64,000 nucleotides of DNA. Origin: an uncultured Chlorobiaceae bacterium. Lineage in GTDB: Bacteria; Bacteroidota; Chlorobiia; Chlorobiales; Chlorobiaceae. Under the pieces are notes generated by a model. That model was given only the letters and a program-made list of their open reading frames with translations. It ran no database searches and was not told the DNA's origin. A program made the position numbers and the translations under genes. The stretch lies in the NCBI GenBank assembly GCA_903851535.1, contig CAINOO010000101.1, forward strand, positions 6,359 through 70,358. The letters are read 5' to 3'. Positions 20,248-30,384 of this stretch are shown piece by piece. The first letter of the stretch is position 1; the number at the start of each line of letters is the position of its first letter.

Positions 20248-20280
20248 GTTTTGACGTAAATCGAAAGGTTTTGACGTAAA
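20248..20280. repeat. Direct repeat GTTTTGACGTAAA x2 (20-bp period)
   Basis: Copies at 20248-20260 and 20268-20280. A degenerate GTTTTACGTA lies at about 20209. Confidence 0.75.
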
Positions 20281-20290
20281 AATCACATAA

Positions 20291-21562
20291 AAAATTATTT
20301 ACATAGACAACAGCTTCAGCATTGATTCTTCAATAAGACAGGCGGCTGATGGCGATTTGATTGTTACGACTTCTCGTACGGGTGGCAGTTTATATGCGTC
20401 AAACGAGAACTACATCCGGAAATCGGCCACGCTCGGCAGCTTCACCAACAACGCAGGGCTTGAGCGTGGTGGTATTGCGGCAGCGGGCAGTCAGACGGGT
20501 GATATGGTAGAGGTCATACAGAAGATGGATCTCGACAATTTTGGTTATGGCAACAACCAGGCTAACCTGGCGACACAGGTTAGGCGCCTGGCCCCGATTG
20601 CCAATGCCTCTATTGCGCAGTCCGCAATGGCATCCTTCACTTTGCCGATCAATGCTATCGACAGGCGTCTTTCGGCCTTGCGTGGTGAGTGTTGTGTGTC
20701 GGAAGGCAACACGGCAGAAGGGAGTTCGCATGATAGTGGAGCGTGGCTGAAGGGGCTTGGTTCCTACGCCATGCAGGAACAGCTTGGAGAGTATGATGGT
20801 TATTCATCAACTCTTTATGTCGGGGCACTCGGTTTTGATGGTTGTGTCAGTGAAAATCTGCTTCTCGGTATTGCTGGAGGGTATGCGGCAACCAAGGTTG
20901 AACAGAAGGATTTCCGCAATGGTGACAAGATGCAGATCAAGAACTACCAGGTGATGGGTTACCTCAATTTAGATGTGACATCGGCTTTCTATTTGAGTGG
21001 GGCAGTCAGTTATGGTTTTGACAAATATGATGGCCATCGCGCTGCAGCGGTTGGTCGTACGGCTGATGCCAACTTTGATGGCCGTCAGTTTGGTGCTGAT
21101 CTTGGTATTGGGTATGGCATCAAGCTTGGTAACAAGACGACGTTTACGCCTATGGCATCGGTTGATTACAAGCAACTCAAACAGGACGGCTACACTGAAA
21201 CCGGTGCAGGCGCCATAAGCCTGAATGTTGATGAGCAGTCACTCAACCCGACTTGCCTGGCGGTAGGCGCGCGTCTTGCAACTGAATAGGCAAATTCCGG
21301 ATTCTCTTTCCGGCCTGAAGTTGCGCTTCATTGGTATCGTGATACCGGTACCTTGAGCATAGACACGGTTTCCTCGTTTTTGGGTGGTGGCAGCAGCTTT
21401 GTAACTCCGGGAGTTGTTGTTGATCCTGAAACATGGAATCTGAGTGTCGCTTTGACGGCTGCGTCATCGAGTTCGTTCAGCCTTCAGTTCAGGTACGATC
21501 TTGACAAGCGTACAGATTTTATGGCTCATACAGGCTCCGTTACCGCACGCTGGGGGTTCTGA
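20291..21562 (+). pseudogene. Autotransporter beta-barrel gene remnant (5'-truncated, internal TAG)
   Basis: ORFs 20357-21289 and 21353-21562 are in the same frame, separated only by TAG at 21287-21289. Barrel motifs GAWLKGLGS, TPMASVDY and a terminal ARWGF are present. There is no signal peptide or passenger domain, and the frame is closed by TAA at 20288. Confidence 0.82.
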
Positions 21563-21597
21563 GCGAGCACTAAAGCGTTAGCTCTCTGGTTAAATGG

Positions 21598-21641
21598 AAA
21601 AAAAGCCTCTGACCTTCTTACGGAAGTCAGAGGCTTTTTTT
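21598..21641. terminator. Bidirectional rho-independent terminator
   Basis: A-run, GCCTCTGAC...GTCAGAGGC, T-run, between convergent genes. Confidence 0.85.
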
Positions 21642-21687
21642 GGATGGGTTCATCGGGCTGATGGTATGGATAAACCAATGCTCAATA

Positions 21688-22371
21688 TTACAGCACCTTG
21701 ATTTGTTTATCAATAATCTGCTTTATCGCGATCAATTTTTTCTGGTCTTCATCAAAAGAGCTTGAGTTCAGAAATTGCAGGCTGTTTTGTACAACGCCAT
21801 TATAAAAATCCTTCTTTATCTGCAAAATCCGATTTGGATATTTGATAGCATGAACCTCTTCTTTCACAAAAACGGCAACAAAATCATTCCAGACATCACT
21901 TGTTTGATTACTGACAAATGATTCAAGCATGGCTGGAGAATAATTATTTCTTTTAGCCCAAGTTACCAAAGCCTTGCCGCTATCCGGATAGAAACGCCAG
22001 CAATCTACAGGGTAACGATGAAAAGTGCCGTTAGAGGGTACATTCAGGTAGAACAATCCGTCAGGTTTAAGTATCCTGAGAATTTCCAGAAACAAGAGCC
22101 AAAACATTTCTGAATGTTCAAATACGCTTGAAGCTACGCAAACATCTATCGAGTTATCGTCAAAAGGCAATGTATACGGGTCATCAAGAATGATATCGAC
22201 TCCTTTACCCTCAGCAAAATCCACACCAATGTACTTTGCTACTTGTGGAGCGACTTGGCGAATTGAGCCATTGACATCCTGAGAACCAATTTCCACCAAA
22301 ATCTTCCCCTTTCCAGCGGGAAGATACGTCTGAAAAAACAGAGAGGCATTAGCCATTGCTGAGTGGTGCAT
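21688..22371 (-). CDS. Class I SAM-dependent methyltransferase (Methyltransf_11-like)
   Basis: LVEIGSQDVNGS, YIGVD, SSVFEH, RILKPDG, HRYPVDCWRF. ATG at 22371. Visibly AT-richer than its neighbours. Confidence 0.85.
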   Translation of the reverse strand: MHHSAMANASLFFQTYLPAGKGKILVEIGSQDVNGSIRQVAPQVAKYIGVDFAEGKGVDIILDDPYTLPFDDNSIDVCVASSVFEHSEMFWLLFLEILRILKPDGLFYLNVPSNGTFHRYPVDCWRFYPDSGKALVTWAKRNNYSPAMLESFVSNQTSDVWNDFVAVFVKEEVHAIKYPNRILQIKKDFYNGVVQNSLQFLNSSSFDEDQKKLIAIKQIIDKQIKVL

Positions 22372-22417
22372 GGATTTCAATTTTAAAGTTTCAGTGCGTA
22401 GCCGTTGCAGGCGTCGG

Positions 22418-23152
22418 CTAATACCTCTCGAGGGTAAATTTTTCGCCCAGGTACATTTTTCTGACCTCCTGGTTTGCGGCAATCTCTTCTGGGGTGCCAT
22501 GCATGAAGATGCTTCCGTCAAAGAGCAGATAGGCGTGGTTTGTAATGGAGAGGGTTTCATGGACGTTATGGTCGGTGATAAGCACGCCGATGTTGCGTCG
22601 CGCAAGCCCTTCAACAATTTGTTGGATATCTTCGACGGCGATCGGGTCAACTCCGGCAAAGGGTTCGTCGAGCAGGATAAATTTTGGGTTGAGTGCAAGG
22701 GCCCTTGCTATTTCCGTGCGCCGGCGTTCACCTCCGGAGAGTGCATAGCCCATGCTTTTGCGTATGGAGGTGATGTTCAACTCTTCGAGCATCAAGTTCG
22801 CTCGTTCCTTTTGCGCTGTTTCGGAGAGCGTGGTAAACTGAAGGACACTCAGGATGTTCTCTTCTACCGTCATGTTTCGGAAGACTGAGGCTTCCTGGGG
22901 CAGATAGCCGATGCCGAGACGTGCGCGCTTGTACATCGCCATACCGGTGATGTTTTCCTGGTCGAGAAAAACGTCACCTCCATCAGGTCGCACAAGTCCG
23001 ACAATCATATAAAAGGTGGTAGTTTTTCCCGCACCGTTTGGCCCGAGAAGCCCCACAATTTCACCCTGTTTCACCTCGATGGATGAGCTTTTGACAACTT
23101 CTCGTTTGTTGTAGATCTTTTTTAGCCTGGTACAACTCAGTTTTGCTTTCAT
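22418..23152 (-). CDS. lptB: LPS export ABC transporter ATP-binding protein LptB
   Basis: [43 protein letters not shown]. Confidence 0.95.
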   Translation of the reverse strand: MKAKLSCTRLKKIYNKREVVKSSSIEVKQGEIVGLLGPNGAGKTTTFYMIVGLVRPDGGDVFLDQENITGMAMYKRARLGIGYLPQEASVFRNMTVEENILSVLQFTTLSETAQKERANLMLEELNITSIRKSMGYALSGGERRRTEIARALALNPKFILLDEPFAGVDPIAVEDIQQIVEGLARRNIGVLITDHNVHETLSITNHAYLLFDGSIFMHGTPEEIAANQEVRKMYLGEKFTLERY

Positions 23153-23249
23153 GCCGGTGTTGAAAAAGTAGTGTTGCGCTCTTCTATCAAGAGGCCGACT
23201 TCCCCTGAAGTTTTTGATTTTTCAGGAGTGACGGGGGCGGGCGGTGCAA

Positions 23250-23280
23250 TAAAAAACGAGGCACTAAACCTCGTTTTTTA
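23250..23280. terminator. Terminator-like hairpin
   Basis: TAAAAAACGAGG-cactaaa-CCTCGTTTTTTA perfect inverted repeat downstream of the 85-aa ORF. Confidence 0.7.
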
Positions 23281-23340
23281 CTTGATAACTTCCTGATAAC
23301 GGAAAGAGGAATAAACCGCTCTGTTACCTGAGTTAACTGC

Positions 23341-23598
23341 TCAGTCCTTGAACCGTCTTTCGATATCCTTGGTAGGCTTTGCATAACCCGAAGCCTTTGG
23401 GGAGGAGCCTCTGAAAACGGATGATGAAGATGAGCTGCCATAAATAAAAGGATAGGCATTTTTCAACAGGCGTTTGGTTGACTTGCCAACATTTTCCATG
23501 TAATCGCCCATGACCCACCAGTGACCATCAATAAAGACCTCAACGAACCTGCCGTAAGCTCGTCCCCAGTTGGTAAAAACCCCATTTATATTAACCAT
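23341..23598 (-). CDS. Small hypothetical protein (85 aa)
   Basis: ATG-initiated ORF followed by a terminator. No recognisable family. Confidence 0.45.
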   Translation of the reverse strand: MVNINGVFTNWGRAYGRFVEVFIDGHWWVMGDYMENVGKSTKRLLKNAYPFIYGSSSSSSVFRGSSPKASGYAKPTKDIERRFKD

Positions 23599-23836
23599 GG
23601 CTGCTTGTTTTTTTAGGTTTAACTACAATCTTGACGAAATCTAATAAATCCACTCGTCAAAAAAAAATATTTTATCTTCACTTGATTATTGTTTTTCAGC
23701 CGTAGCGGCAACCGGAGTTGGGGGAGTCTCTTTTTTTTCTCTGGAGTCTTTAAATGATGCGGTAATGCGCCGGGTAAAGAGTAAAATGACAGGCTGAAGT
23801 ATCTACTAACGGTTGAGAAATTTACAGGAAATTGGT

Positions 23837-24364
23837 ATGGGAAAGGTAATGCCTTACAGGGGGATCTGGCCAACACTGCATGAAACCGTTTTTATAACGG
23901 ATGGTGCATTTGTTATTGGGGATGTACATATTGGCGCTTATTCAAGTGTATGGTTCAATGCGGTGGTGAGGGGCGATGTCTGCCCTATCCGTATCGGAGA
24001 GAAGACCAGTGTGCAGGATAATGTAACGCTGCATGTTACGCATGATACCGGCCCGTTGAGCATAGGAAACTCTGTTACCATCGGTCATGGAGCAGTGCTT
24101 CATGCCTGCACGGTGAAAGATTATGTATTGATAGGCATGGGCGCAGTGCTCCTTGACGACTGTGTGGTTGAGCCGTGGTCGATTGTTGCCGCCGGTGCGC
24201 TGGTGAGGCAGGGTTTTACGGTGCCTTCAGGGATGCTGGTTGCCGGTGTCCCGGCTAAAGTGATGCGTCCGATAACCGAAGCCGAGCGGCGCAATATTGA
24301 GGAGTCGCCCGAAAACTATGTACGCTACTCCGAGAATTACCGGGAAGATGAAAAACACTCTTGA
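23837..24364 (+). CDS. Gamma-class carbonic anhydrase family protein (hexapeptide repeats)
   Basis: IGDVHIG, VVRGDV, QDNVTLH, IGHGAVLHAC. Confidence 0.92.
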   Translation: MGKVMPYRGIWPTLHETVFITDGAFVIGDVHIGAYSSVWFNAVVRGDVCPIRIGEKTSVQDNVTLHVTHDTGPLSIGNSVTIGHGAVLHACTVKDYVLIGMGAVLLDDCVVEPWSIVAAGALVRQGFTVPSGMLVAGVPAKVMRPITEAERRNIEESPENYVRYSENYREDEKHS

Positions 24365-24504
24365 GATAAGCGGTCTTCTTCTCTGATTTCACTAAATTGA
24401 GCCAGGAGTTTTTGATTGGTTCCCGGCAGCCGTGGCATTTTTTTGTGGTAGCCCGGCCTCCCTTGTTTTTTTTAAACGCATCTCACGAAACTTTTTTTCC
24501 ATTT

Positions 24505-25698
24505 ATGATGCAAAACGATGTTGTTGTTATTGGCGGTGGCATAAGTGGCCTCAGCCTTGCTTATTATTGTGTGCAGGCAGGGATGAAAACTACGCTGCTT
24601 GAAAAAACTGATATGGTTGGTGGCTCATTTGCCTCTCCCCATTACAGTGCCAATGGAAAAAAATTCTGGATGGAACTTGGGGCACACACCTGTTACAGCT
24701 CTTACCAGAATCTTCTTGATATCGTTGAAGGGTGTGGCGTGACGAATACGATCATTGCCCGCGCCAAGGTACCTTTTACACTCTTTGTGGATGGAAAAAT
24801 CCGTTCTATTGTTTCTCAGCTCAATATTCCTGAACTGCTTGTTTCAGTTCCCAACCTCTTCAAACTGAAGAAAACCGGTCTGAGCGTGCGCTCTTATTAT
24901 TCAAAAGTTGTGGGAGAGAGGAACTACGAGGAGGTGATCCGCCACTTTTTCAATGCAGTTCCTTCGCAGCAAACTGATGATTTTCCTGCTGATATGATGT
25001 TTAAAAGTCGGGCGAAAAGAAAAGATGTGCTGAAGAATTATACCTTCAAGCATGGTTTGCAGAGCGTTGCACGTGCCATTGCCGCAAAAAGCGGCCTGAA
25101 TGTTTTTACCAGTCAGGATGTCAATTCGGTGGTCTATAAAGATGGCTTGTATGAGATCAAAAGTGCCGGAGGAGGAGAGTATTCGGCCAAAACCATCGTT
25201 TTGGCAACACCCTCTTTGGTCACCTCAAAGCTTTTGCAGGAGAGCAATCCCGATATCGCGAAACATCTTGGCCAACTCAAGGCGGCTGACGTTGATTCTG
25301 TAGGGGTTATTGTCCGCAAGGAGAATATCAAGCTGAAGCCGGTTGCGGCTCTTATTTCTCCCAACGATGTTTTCTTTTCGGTGGTCTCTCGCGATACGGT
25401 GCCTGATGATAACTATCGTGGTTTTGTGTTTCATTTTCAGCCGGGTCTGGATGAAAAGACCAAAAGAAGCCGTATTACGGAGGTGCTCGGTGTCGGATTT
25501 TCGAAGATAGAGCATACCGAAGCAAAGCACAATACAGTACCATCATTGCAGCTTGGTCATCACCAGTGGCTTGAAAAAACCGACGCCTTGCTGAAAGGCA
25601 AAAAAAGTCTGCTCTTGACCGGTAACTATTTTGGTGGTATGGCTATTGAGGATTGCGTGAGCCGCTCTAAAAGTGAATTTGCCCGACTGAGAGGGTAG
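24505..25698 (+). CDS. FAD-dependent oxidoreductase, HemY-like (protoporphyrinogen/coproporphyrinogen oxidase-like)
   Basis: VVVIGGGISG, ELGAH, FKHGLQS, C-terminal GNYFGGMAIEDCV. Confidence 0.65.
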   Translation: MMQNDVVVIGGGISGLSLAYYCVQAGMKTTLLEKTDMVGGSFASPHYSANGKKFWMELGAHTCYSSYQNLLDIVEGCGVTNTIIARAKVPFTLFVDGKIRSIVSQLNIPELLVSVPNLFKLKKTGLSVRSYYSKVVGERNYEEVIRHFFNAVPSQQTDDFPADMMFKSRAKRKDVLKNYTFKHGLQSVARAIAAKSGLNVFTSQDVNSVVYKDGLYEIKSAGGGEYSAKTIVLATPSLVTSKLLQESNPDIAKHLGQLKAADVDSVGVIVRKENIKLKPVAALISPNDVFFSVVSRDTVPDDNYRGFVFHFQPGLDEKTKRSRITEVLGVGFSKIEHTEAKHNTVPSLQLGHHQWLEKTDALLKGKKSLLLTGNYFGGMAIEDCVSRSKSEFARLRG

Positions 25699-25757
25699 GT
25701 ACCGCAGGATAACCCCCCCCCAGGCCGAGTTCGTCAGGGGGGCCACTATTTTGTTGC

Positions 25758-26840
25758 TTGTGTATGGAAATGAGTGTGAGTCTACGGGATTGGTTTCAGG
25801 GCGGTTACCTCTTGCCGGTACTCGTTGTTGTTGTTGCTGTTGTTATCTATCTGGTCGCAAATTTGCTCTTCAGCCGAAGCCTGGCGAGAATTCGCTCCTC
25901 AATCAGGTATGTCAGTATTCCTCTGGAACTGATGGCTTGGCCATTCCGTTTGCTTCTCTCTCTGGTGACTCTCTCCCTGCTTCTTCATTATATGTCGCTC
26001 TCCGGGGATATCAGGGATTTGCTCAATCACACGCTCCTTATTGCCACCATTATCGAAATCTCATGGTTTCTCATGAGAATGTTAATCGTGTTGGAGCAGT
26101 TTATCCTCCAGCACTATGCAGCAAAAGTCCGTGAAAACGAAGCGGCAAGAAAAATTTCCACCCATGTCAGCCTCGCCCGCAAAATACTGAACGTTCTTCT
26201 TGTGCTTTTTGCACTTGCAGGTGTGCTGATGACGTTTGATACGGTTCGTCACGTTGGGATGAGCATTCTTGCCTCTGCTGGTATTGCCGGTATAATCCTT
26301 GGCTTTGCCGCACAGAAAAGCCTTACAACTCTTATTTCCGGTATTCAGATTGCCATTACGCAGCCGATCAGCATCGATGATATGGTTGTTGTTGAAAACG
26401 AAAGGGGCCGCATTGAAGAAATTACCCTCACCTACGTGGTTGTGCAACTATGGGATCAGCGTCGCCTTATTGTGCCCATTACCTGGTTTATTGATCGTCC
26501 TTTTCAGAACTGGTCACGTACTTCACCGGAGTTGCTCGGGTCGGTTTTTTTCTATACAGATTATACCGTCAATCCTGAAACGCTCCGCCATGAGCTGGAG
26601 CGGGTCGTGTCGTCAACTCCTCTCTGGGATGGTCGCGTAGCAAAACTCCAGATCACCAATATTACCGATAAATCGGTCGAGATACGGGCGCTTGTCAGTG
26701 CTGCGAACTTCTCAAATGTTTGGGATCTTCGTTGTCTGGTGCGTGAACAGTTGATCGAGTTTATCAAGAGTAACTATCCCGGATGGCTGCCGAAAGTGAC
26801 GATGGAGATGGAACAGGGGAAAACGATTCGCGAGGCATAA
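25758..26840 (+). CDS. Small-conductance mechanosensitive channel (MscS family)
   Basis: TM helices, ASAGIAGIILGFAAQ, GRIEEITLTY, PFQNWSR. Confidence 0.9.
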   Translation: MCMEMSVSLRDWFQGGYLLPVLVVVVAVVIYLVANLLFSRSLARIRSSIRYVSIPLELMAWPFRLLLSLVTLSLLLHYMSLSGDIRDLLNHTLLIATIIEISWFLMRMLIVLEQFILQHYAAKVRENEAARKISTHVSLARKILNVLLVLFALAGVLMTFDTVRHVGMSILASAGIAGIILGFAAQKSLTTLISGIQIAITQPISIDDMVVVENERGRIEEITLTYVVVQLWDQRRLIVPITWFIDRPFQNWSRTSPELLGSVFFYTDYTVNPETLRHELERVVSSTPLWDGRVAKLQITNITDKSVEIRALVSAANFSNVWDLRCLVREQLIEFIKSNYPGWLPKVTMEMEQGKTIREA

Positions 26841-26981
26841 AAAAATGTGATTTTTGTCATTTTTTCCATAGTTTTGCCCAACCATTTCGATCATTGTCAC
26901 TCCCTTCCGTTGCTGGATGGGCTTGGCTCGAGTCAGTGGTTAAAAAAGTAATTTTTTTTATCAGCTAAAAGGAGGAGTTGC

Positions 26982-27410
26982 ATGGCGCAGGCAAAAAAAG
27001 GGGATACCGTAAGAGTTCATTACAGCGGTACGCTTGATGACGGTACGATGTTCGATACATCGGCTGACCGTGAGCCACTTGAGTTTACCATAGGAGGCGG
27101 AGAGGTCATCGCCGGATTTGATATCGCCGTTCTTGATATGCTTCCCGGAGAGAAAAGGGTCTCTGTCATACCTGCCGCAGAGGCTTACGGCGTGCATAGC
27201 AAAGAGCTGGTCACGGACGTCGATCGGGATCGCTTTCCTGCTGACATGGAGCTTGAAATCGGCCAGCAGCTTCAGGTCGGGCTTGCCGACGACCAGCAGG
27301 CCATTGTGATGATTGTTGATATTAGTGATACAGCCGTGACGCTCGACGCCAATCACCCGCTTGCAGGTCAGCAGCTCACCTTTGAGATTGAGCTTGTCGA
27401 AATTCTCTGA
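26982..27410 (+). CDS. FKBP-type peptidyl-prolyl isomerase (SlyD/SlpA-like, no His-rich tail)
   Basis: [38 protein letters not shown]. Confidence 0.92.
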   Translation: MAQAKKGDTVRVHYSGTLDDGTMFDTSADREPLEFTIGGGEVIAGFDIAVLDMLPGEKRVSVIPAAEAYGVHSKELVTDVDRDRFPADMELEIGQQLQVGLADDQQAIVMIVDISDTAVTLDANHPLAGQQLTFEIELVEIL

Positions 27411-27423
27411 GCTGCCGCCCGGT

Positions 27424-28698
27424 TCAGTGCACTGAACATGAAATACAGGGATCGTAGGAGCGTACCATCATTTCGCAGAGTTTTTCAATCTCCCCGTCCT
27501 CTTTTCCCTCTTTGAGCGCCTGCAGGGTGATGGCCCGCAGGTCGCTGTGGATGTTTCCATTATTCTGTGTAGTGGGAATGACGCAGTCTGCCTTGACCAC
27601 ATGCCCTGCAGCATCAGTTTCAAGATGGTGATAGAGAATTCCGCGCGGTGCTTCAACCGCTCCGGTAGCGCTACCGGCTTTGGGCTGATACGGGGTTTTT
27701 ATATTGCGGAGCTCCATGTCGAGCAGCGAGTTGATGAGCTCCTCCGCCTCTTCAAGAATGTGAACGCATTCGACGAGTTGGGCGATGGTGTTCATGAAGG
27801 GGTTGTGGCAGACAGGCTTCAGTCCGAGCTCTTCGGCGACCTCTCTCGCTTTTGGATGCAGCAGGGCGTGGTTGTTGTTGAAGCGCGCCAGCGCACCGGC
27901 CACGGAAGTGTCGCGGCTCAGGCGTGTGAATTTTGAGGTTGAAAACTCCCGGGTGTACTCATTGGTCATCAGGAGATAGTCATTCTCCTCCAGCTCAACG
28001 CCGTCGGTAGAGAGCAGGTGTCCACCGATTGCTGGATAGCTTTTGCCGTTACTGAGCGAAACAAATTCCGTCTCGCGACTGAAATCGGGTATAACGATGG
28101 AGCGAAAAAAAGAGCAGGCGTAATCAAGTGCCGGTTTTTGCTTCTGAATCATGGTGAGCAGTTGCAGCAGTCTCTGCTTGTCGGGGGCCTTGCTGAGCCC
28201 GCCAACCAAAAGGCTGACCGGGTGTGTGCAGCGTCCGGCGGTGACGGTGCTGATCTCGTTGCCCAACTCCTTGAGCTTCAAGCCCGCCTTGACCAGATCG
28301 GGATGGGATTGCAGCAACCCTAAAACGCTGGAAGTGCCCGCGAAATCGGGAGCGATGAGAAAAAAGAGGTGCAGTGCATGGCTTTGCAGGGTTTCGCCCT
28401 GCATGGCCAGCAGCCTGATCTTTTCAGCAGCCACCGGTGGAGTAATCTCCATGGCCCGCTCAAGAGCCCTGATGCTTGCAAGGGCGTGGCTGATGGAGCA
28501 GATACCGCAAATCCTTGAGGTGAGAAAGGGCACCCTTTCGGCGCTCATTCCCCTGAGCATGACTTCAAAGAATCGGGGAGTTTCAACAATAGCCCATTTT
28601 GCATCGACGAGCTGCCCCTCCCTGACGGTAATCTTGATGTCGGCGTGTCCTTCCACTCGTGCAAGGTGACGGATATCTATTGCATAGTCACGCTTCAT
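27424..28698 (-). CDS. hydA: Group 3b [NiFe]-hydrogenase/sulfhydrogenase large (alpha) subunit
   Basis: RVEGH, L1 motif [14 protein letters not shown]2 motif [13 protein letters not shown] at 28698. Confidence 0.93.
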   Translation of the reverse strand: MKRDYAIDIRHLARVEGHADIKITVREGQLVDAKWAIVETPRFFEVMLRGMSAERVPFLTSRICGICSISHALASIRALERAMEITPPVAAEKIRLLAMQGETLQSHALHLFFLIAPDFAGTSSVLGLLQSHPDLVKAGLKLKELGNEISTVTAGRCTHPVSLLVGGLSKAPDKQRLLQLLTMIQKQKPALDYACSFFRSIVIPDFSRETEFVSLSNGKSYPAIGGHLLSTDGVELEENDYLLMTNEYTREFSTSKFTRLSRDTSVAGALARFNNNHALLHPKAREVAEELGLKPVCHNPFMNTIAQLVECVHILEEAEELINSLLDMELRNIKTPYQPKAGSATGAVEAPRGILYHHLETDAAGHVVKADCVIPTTQNNGNIHSDLRAITLQALKEGKEDGEIEKLCEMMVRSYDPCISCSVH

Positions 28699-29464
28699 GG
28701 TTCTGCCATGGTTCAAATGCGTTATAAAAAGCCAGTTTTTCCTGCAGGTCATCAAGGCTGAGCCCCCGCTCTTTGACCAGTTCAAGAAAGGAGGCCATGT
28801 TGATCTCCTCTGCCGGGCCGCGGCATCCGAGGCAGGGCGTTTTTCCGCTGGTGCAGACGGCATTGCATCCGGCACGCGTGAGGGGTCCAAGGCAGATTTC
28901 GCCAAGTTCGAAGAGGCAGGTATTGAGTTGTGCCTTGCATTCCATGCAGACCGGGTATTTCGGGAGTGTCACCCGTGAACCGGTGGCAAGGCTTACCATG
29001 ATGCGCTCCACCTCATCTTTGTTGACCGGGCATCCGGGTATGGAGAGGTCAACCGTGACCAGATCGCTGATTTTTCGCACCGCCAGTGTCTCTATGTTCA
29101 TAGGGGGATAGAGCTCATCAATCAGTGTTTTGACGGGAAACCGGTTTTTCAGGCTGTTGACCCCACCGAAACAGGCGCAGGTGCCTAACGCGACGAGGAT
29201 TTTTGCCTGTTTGCGTATCTTCAGCAGTCGTTCTACCTCATCCTGACGGCTGATGCTTCCCTCGATAAGCGCTATATCGTAATCGTCGTGCCGCTCGGAG
29301 GAGAGCTCCCTGAAATTGCGCACATCGAGCAACCCGAGAAAGTCGGGAAGTGTTGCTTCGTGGTTGGTCAGTTGCAACTGGCACCCTTCGCAAGAGGTGA
29401 AGTCGAACGAGGCGATTTTCAGCCTTTGAAAGGGAACTCTATGCTGTGTCATGTTTTCTGCCAT
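28688..29464 (-). CDS. hydD: Group 3b hydrogenase small (delta) subunit
   Basis: [30 protein letters not shown]. Confidence 0.9.
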   Translation of the reverse strand: MAENMTQHRVPFQRLKIASFDFTSCEGCQLQLTNHEATLPDFLGLLDVRNFRELSSERHDDYDIALIEGSISRQDEVERLLKIRKQAKILVALGTCACFGGVNSLKNRFPVKTLIDELYPPMNIETLAVRKISDLVTVDLSIPGCPVNKDEVERIMVSLATGSRVTLPKYPVCMECKAQLNTCLFELGEICLGPLTRAGCNAVCTSGKTPCLGCRGPAEEINMASFLELVKERGLSLDDLQEKLAFYNAFEPWQNHEA

Positions 29465-29466
29465 AC

Positions 29467-30384
29467 TTAAATGGCCTCCTTGAGATTCATCACCGTCCAG
29501 TAGTCGAAGACCGGGCCGTCAATGCAGGTAAAAGTTGAACCGACCATGCAGCGGCAGCATTTGCCCATACCGCAGTGCATCCGCCGCTCCAGTGAAACAA
29601 ACATGCGGTTCATGGGTATGCCAAGCCGGTCGAGCCAACTGCAGACAATCTTGAACATGACCGGCGGGCCGCAGACGATGGCGTATGTTCTTGCGGTATC
29701 AATGACGATATCGTTGAACAGATCGGTAATCATGCCGCTTTTCCCCTTCCATCCGGCATCGCCATGCTCAACAATGGTGTGCAGGCGGATATGGTTGATC
29801 ATCTTCCACTCGTCGAACTGCCAGGTAAAGAGGAGTTGCGCGGGCTCTTTTGTACCGTAGAGCAGATCGACGTCAAGAAACCGGTCGCGGTGCTCGTTGA
29901 TCCAGGAGAGAGGGGCGCGGAGTGGAGCAATACCGAGCCCTCCGGCAATCAGGAGAATGTTGTGCCCGGCCATCTCATCCATCGGGAAGGCCGATCCAAA
30001 CGGGCCCCTTATGGCGACCCGGGTACCCTCTCCAATTGTGAAGAGCGCCGAGGTGACGTGGCCAACCTTGCGGATACAGAGCTCCAGAAACTCATGGTTG
30101 CTGCTGGAGCTTGAAATCGAGATCGGCACATCACCGTAGCCGGGAAGTTCGAGCATGAGAAACTGCCCCGGCCGGAACCGGAAGAGGGCGCGCTCCACGG
30201 GGTTGATAATATGGAGCTGAAAGAGCCTCTCCTGCTCCGTCAGGCGGACGATGTTGGTGACCATGCACTTGTACCCCATGTCGGTTCTCATGATTTCCGA
30301 GCGGCGGTTGAAATCCGGCACCGATGAGGCAAAACCTTCGCGGTTTATATCTTGCGGGGTGATGACGAAACGCAGGTCACGCAT
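29467..30384 (-). CDS. hydG: Group 3b hydrogenase gamma subunit (FAD/NAD(P)-binding, 2Fe-2S)
   Basis: [34 protein letters not shown]...CIDGPVF. Confidence 0.9.
   Translation of the reverse strand: MRDLRFVITPQDINREGFASSVPDFNRRSEIMRTDMGYKCMVTNIVRLTEQERLFQLHIINPVERALFRFRPGQFLMLELPGYGDVPISISSSSSNHEFLELCIRKVGHVTSALFTIGEGTRVAIRGPFGSAFPMDEMAGHNILLIAGGLGIAPLRAPLSWINEHRDRFLDVDLLYGTKEPAQLLFTWQFDEWKMINHIRLHTIVEHGDAGWKGKSGMITDLFNDIVIDTARTYAIVCGPPVMFKIVCSWLDRLGIPMNRMFVSLERRMHCGMGKCCRCMVGSTFTCIDGPVFDYWTVMNLKEAI

Noticed and set aside
18830-20300. Complete DGR cassette
   Set aside because: No reverse transcriptase, avd or adenine-rich template copy of the DUF1566 3' end was found in the window. The 130-bp duplication is unrelated to that gene.
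21287-21289. Programmed TAG read-through (pyrrolysine or recoding)
   Set aside because: The gene is also 5'-truncated and other genes here use TAG as a normal stop. A nonsense mutation is the simpler explanation.
22372-22698. 109-aa N-terminal extension of the methyltransferase overlapping lptB
   Set aside because: It is an off-frame read of lptB. The recognisable methyltransferase starts at ATG 22371.
23150-23700. Integron gene cassette (attC) around the 85-aa ORF
   Set aside because: No convincing RYYYAAC...GTTRRRY attC structure and no integrase. The hairpin present looks like a terminator.
25713-25742. C9 homopolymer as a phase-variation tract upstream of mscS
   Set aside because: It is intergenic and can pair with the following G6 run as a hairpin. 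There is no evidence of length variation.
28699-28905. N-terminal extension of the hydrogenase large subunit
   Set aside because: It overlaps hydD in another frame. The family-typical start is [18 protein letters not shown] at 28698.
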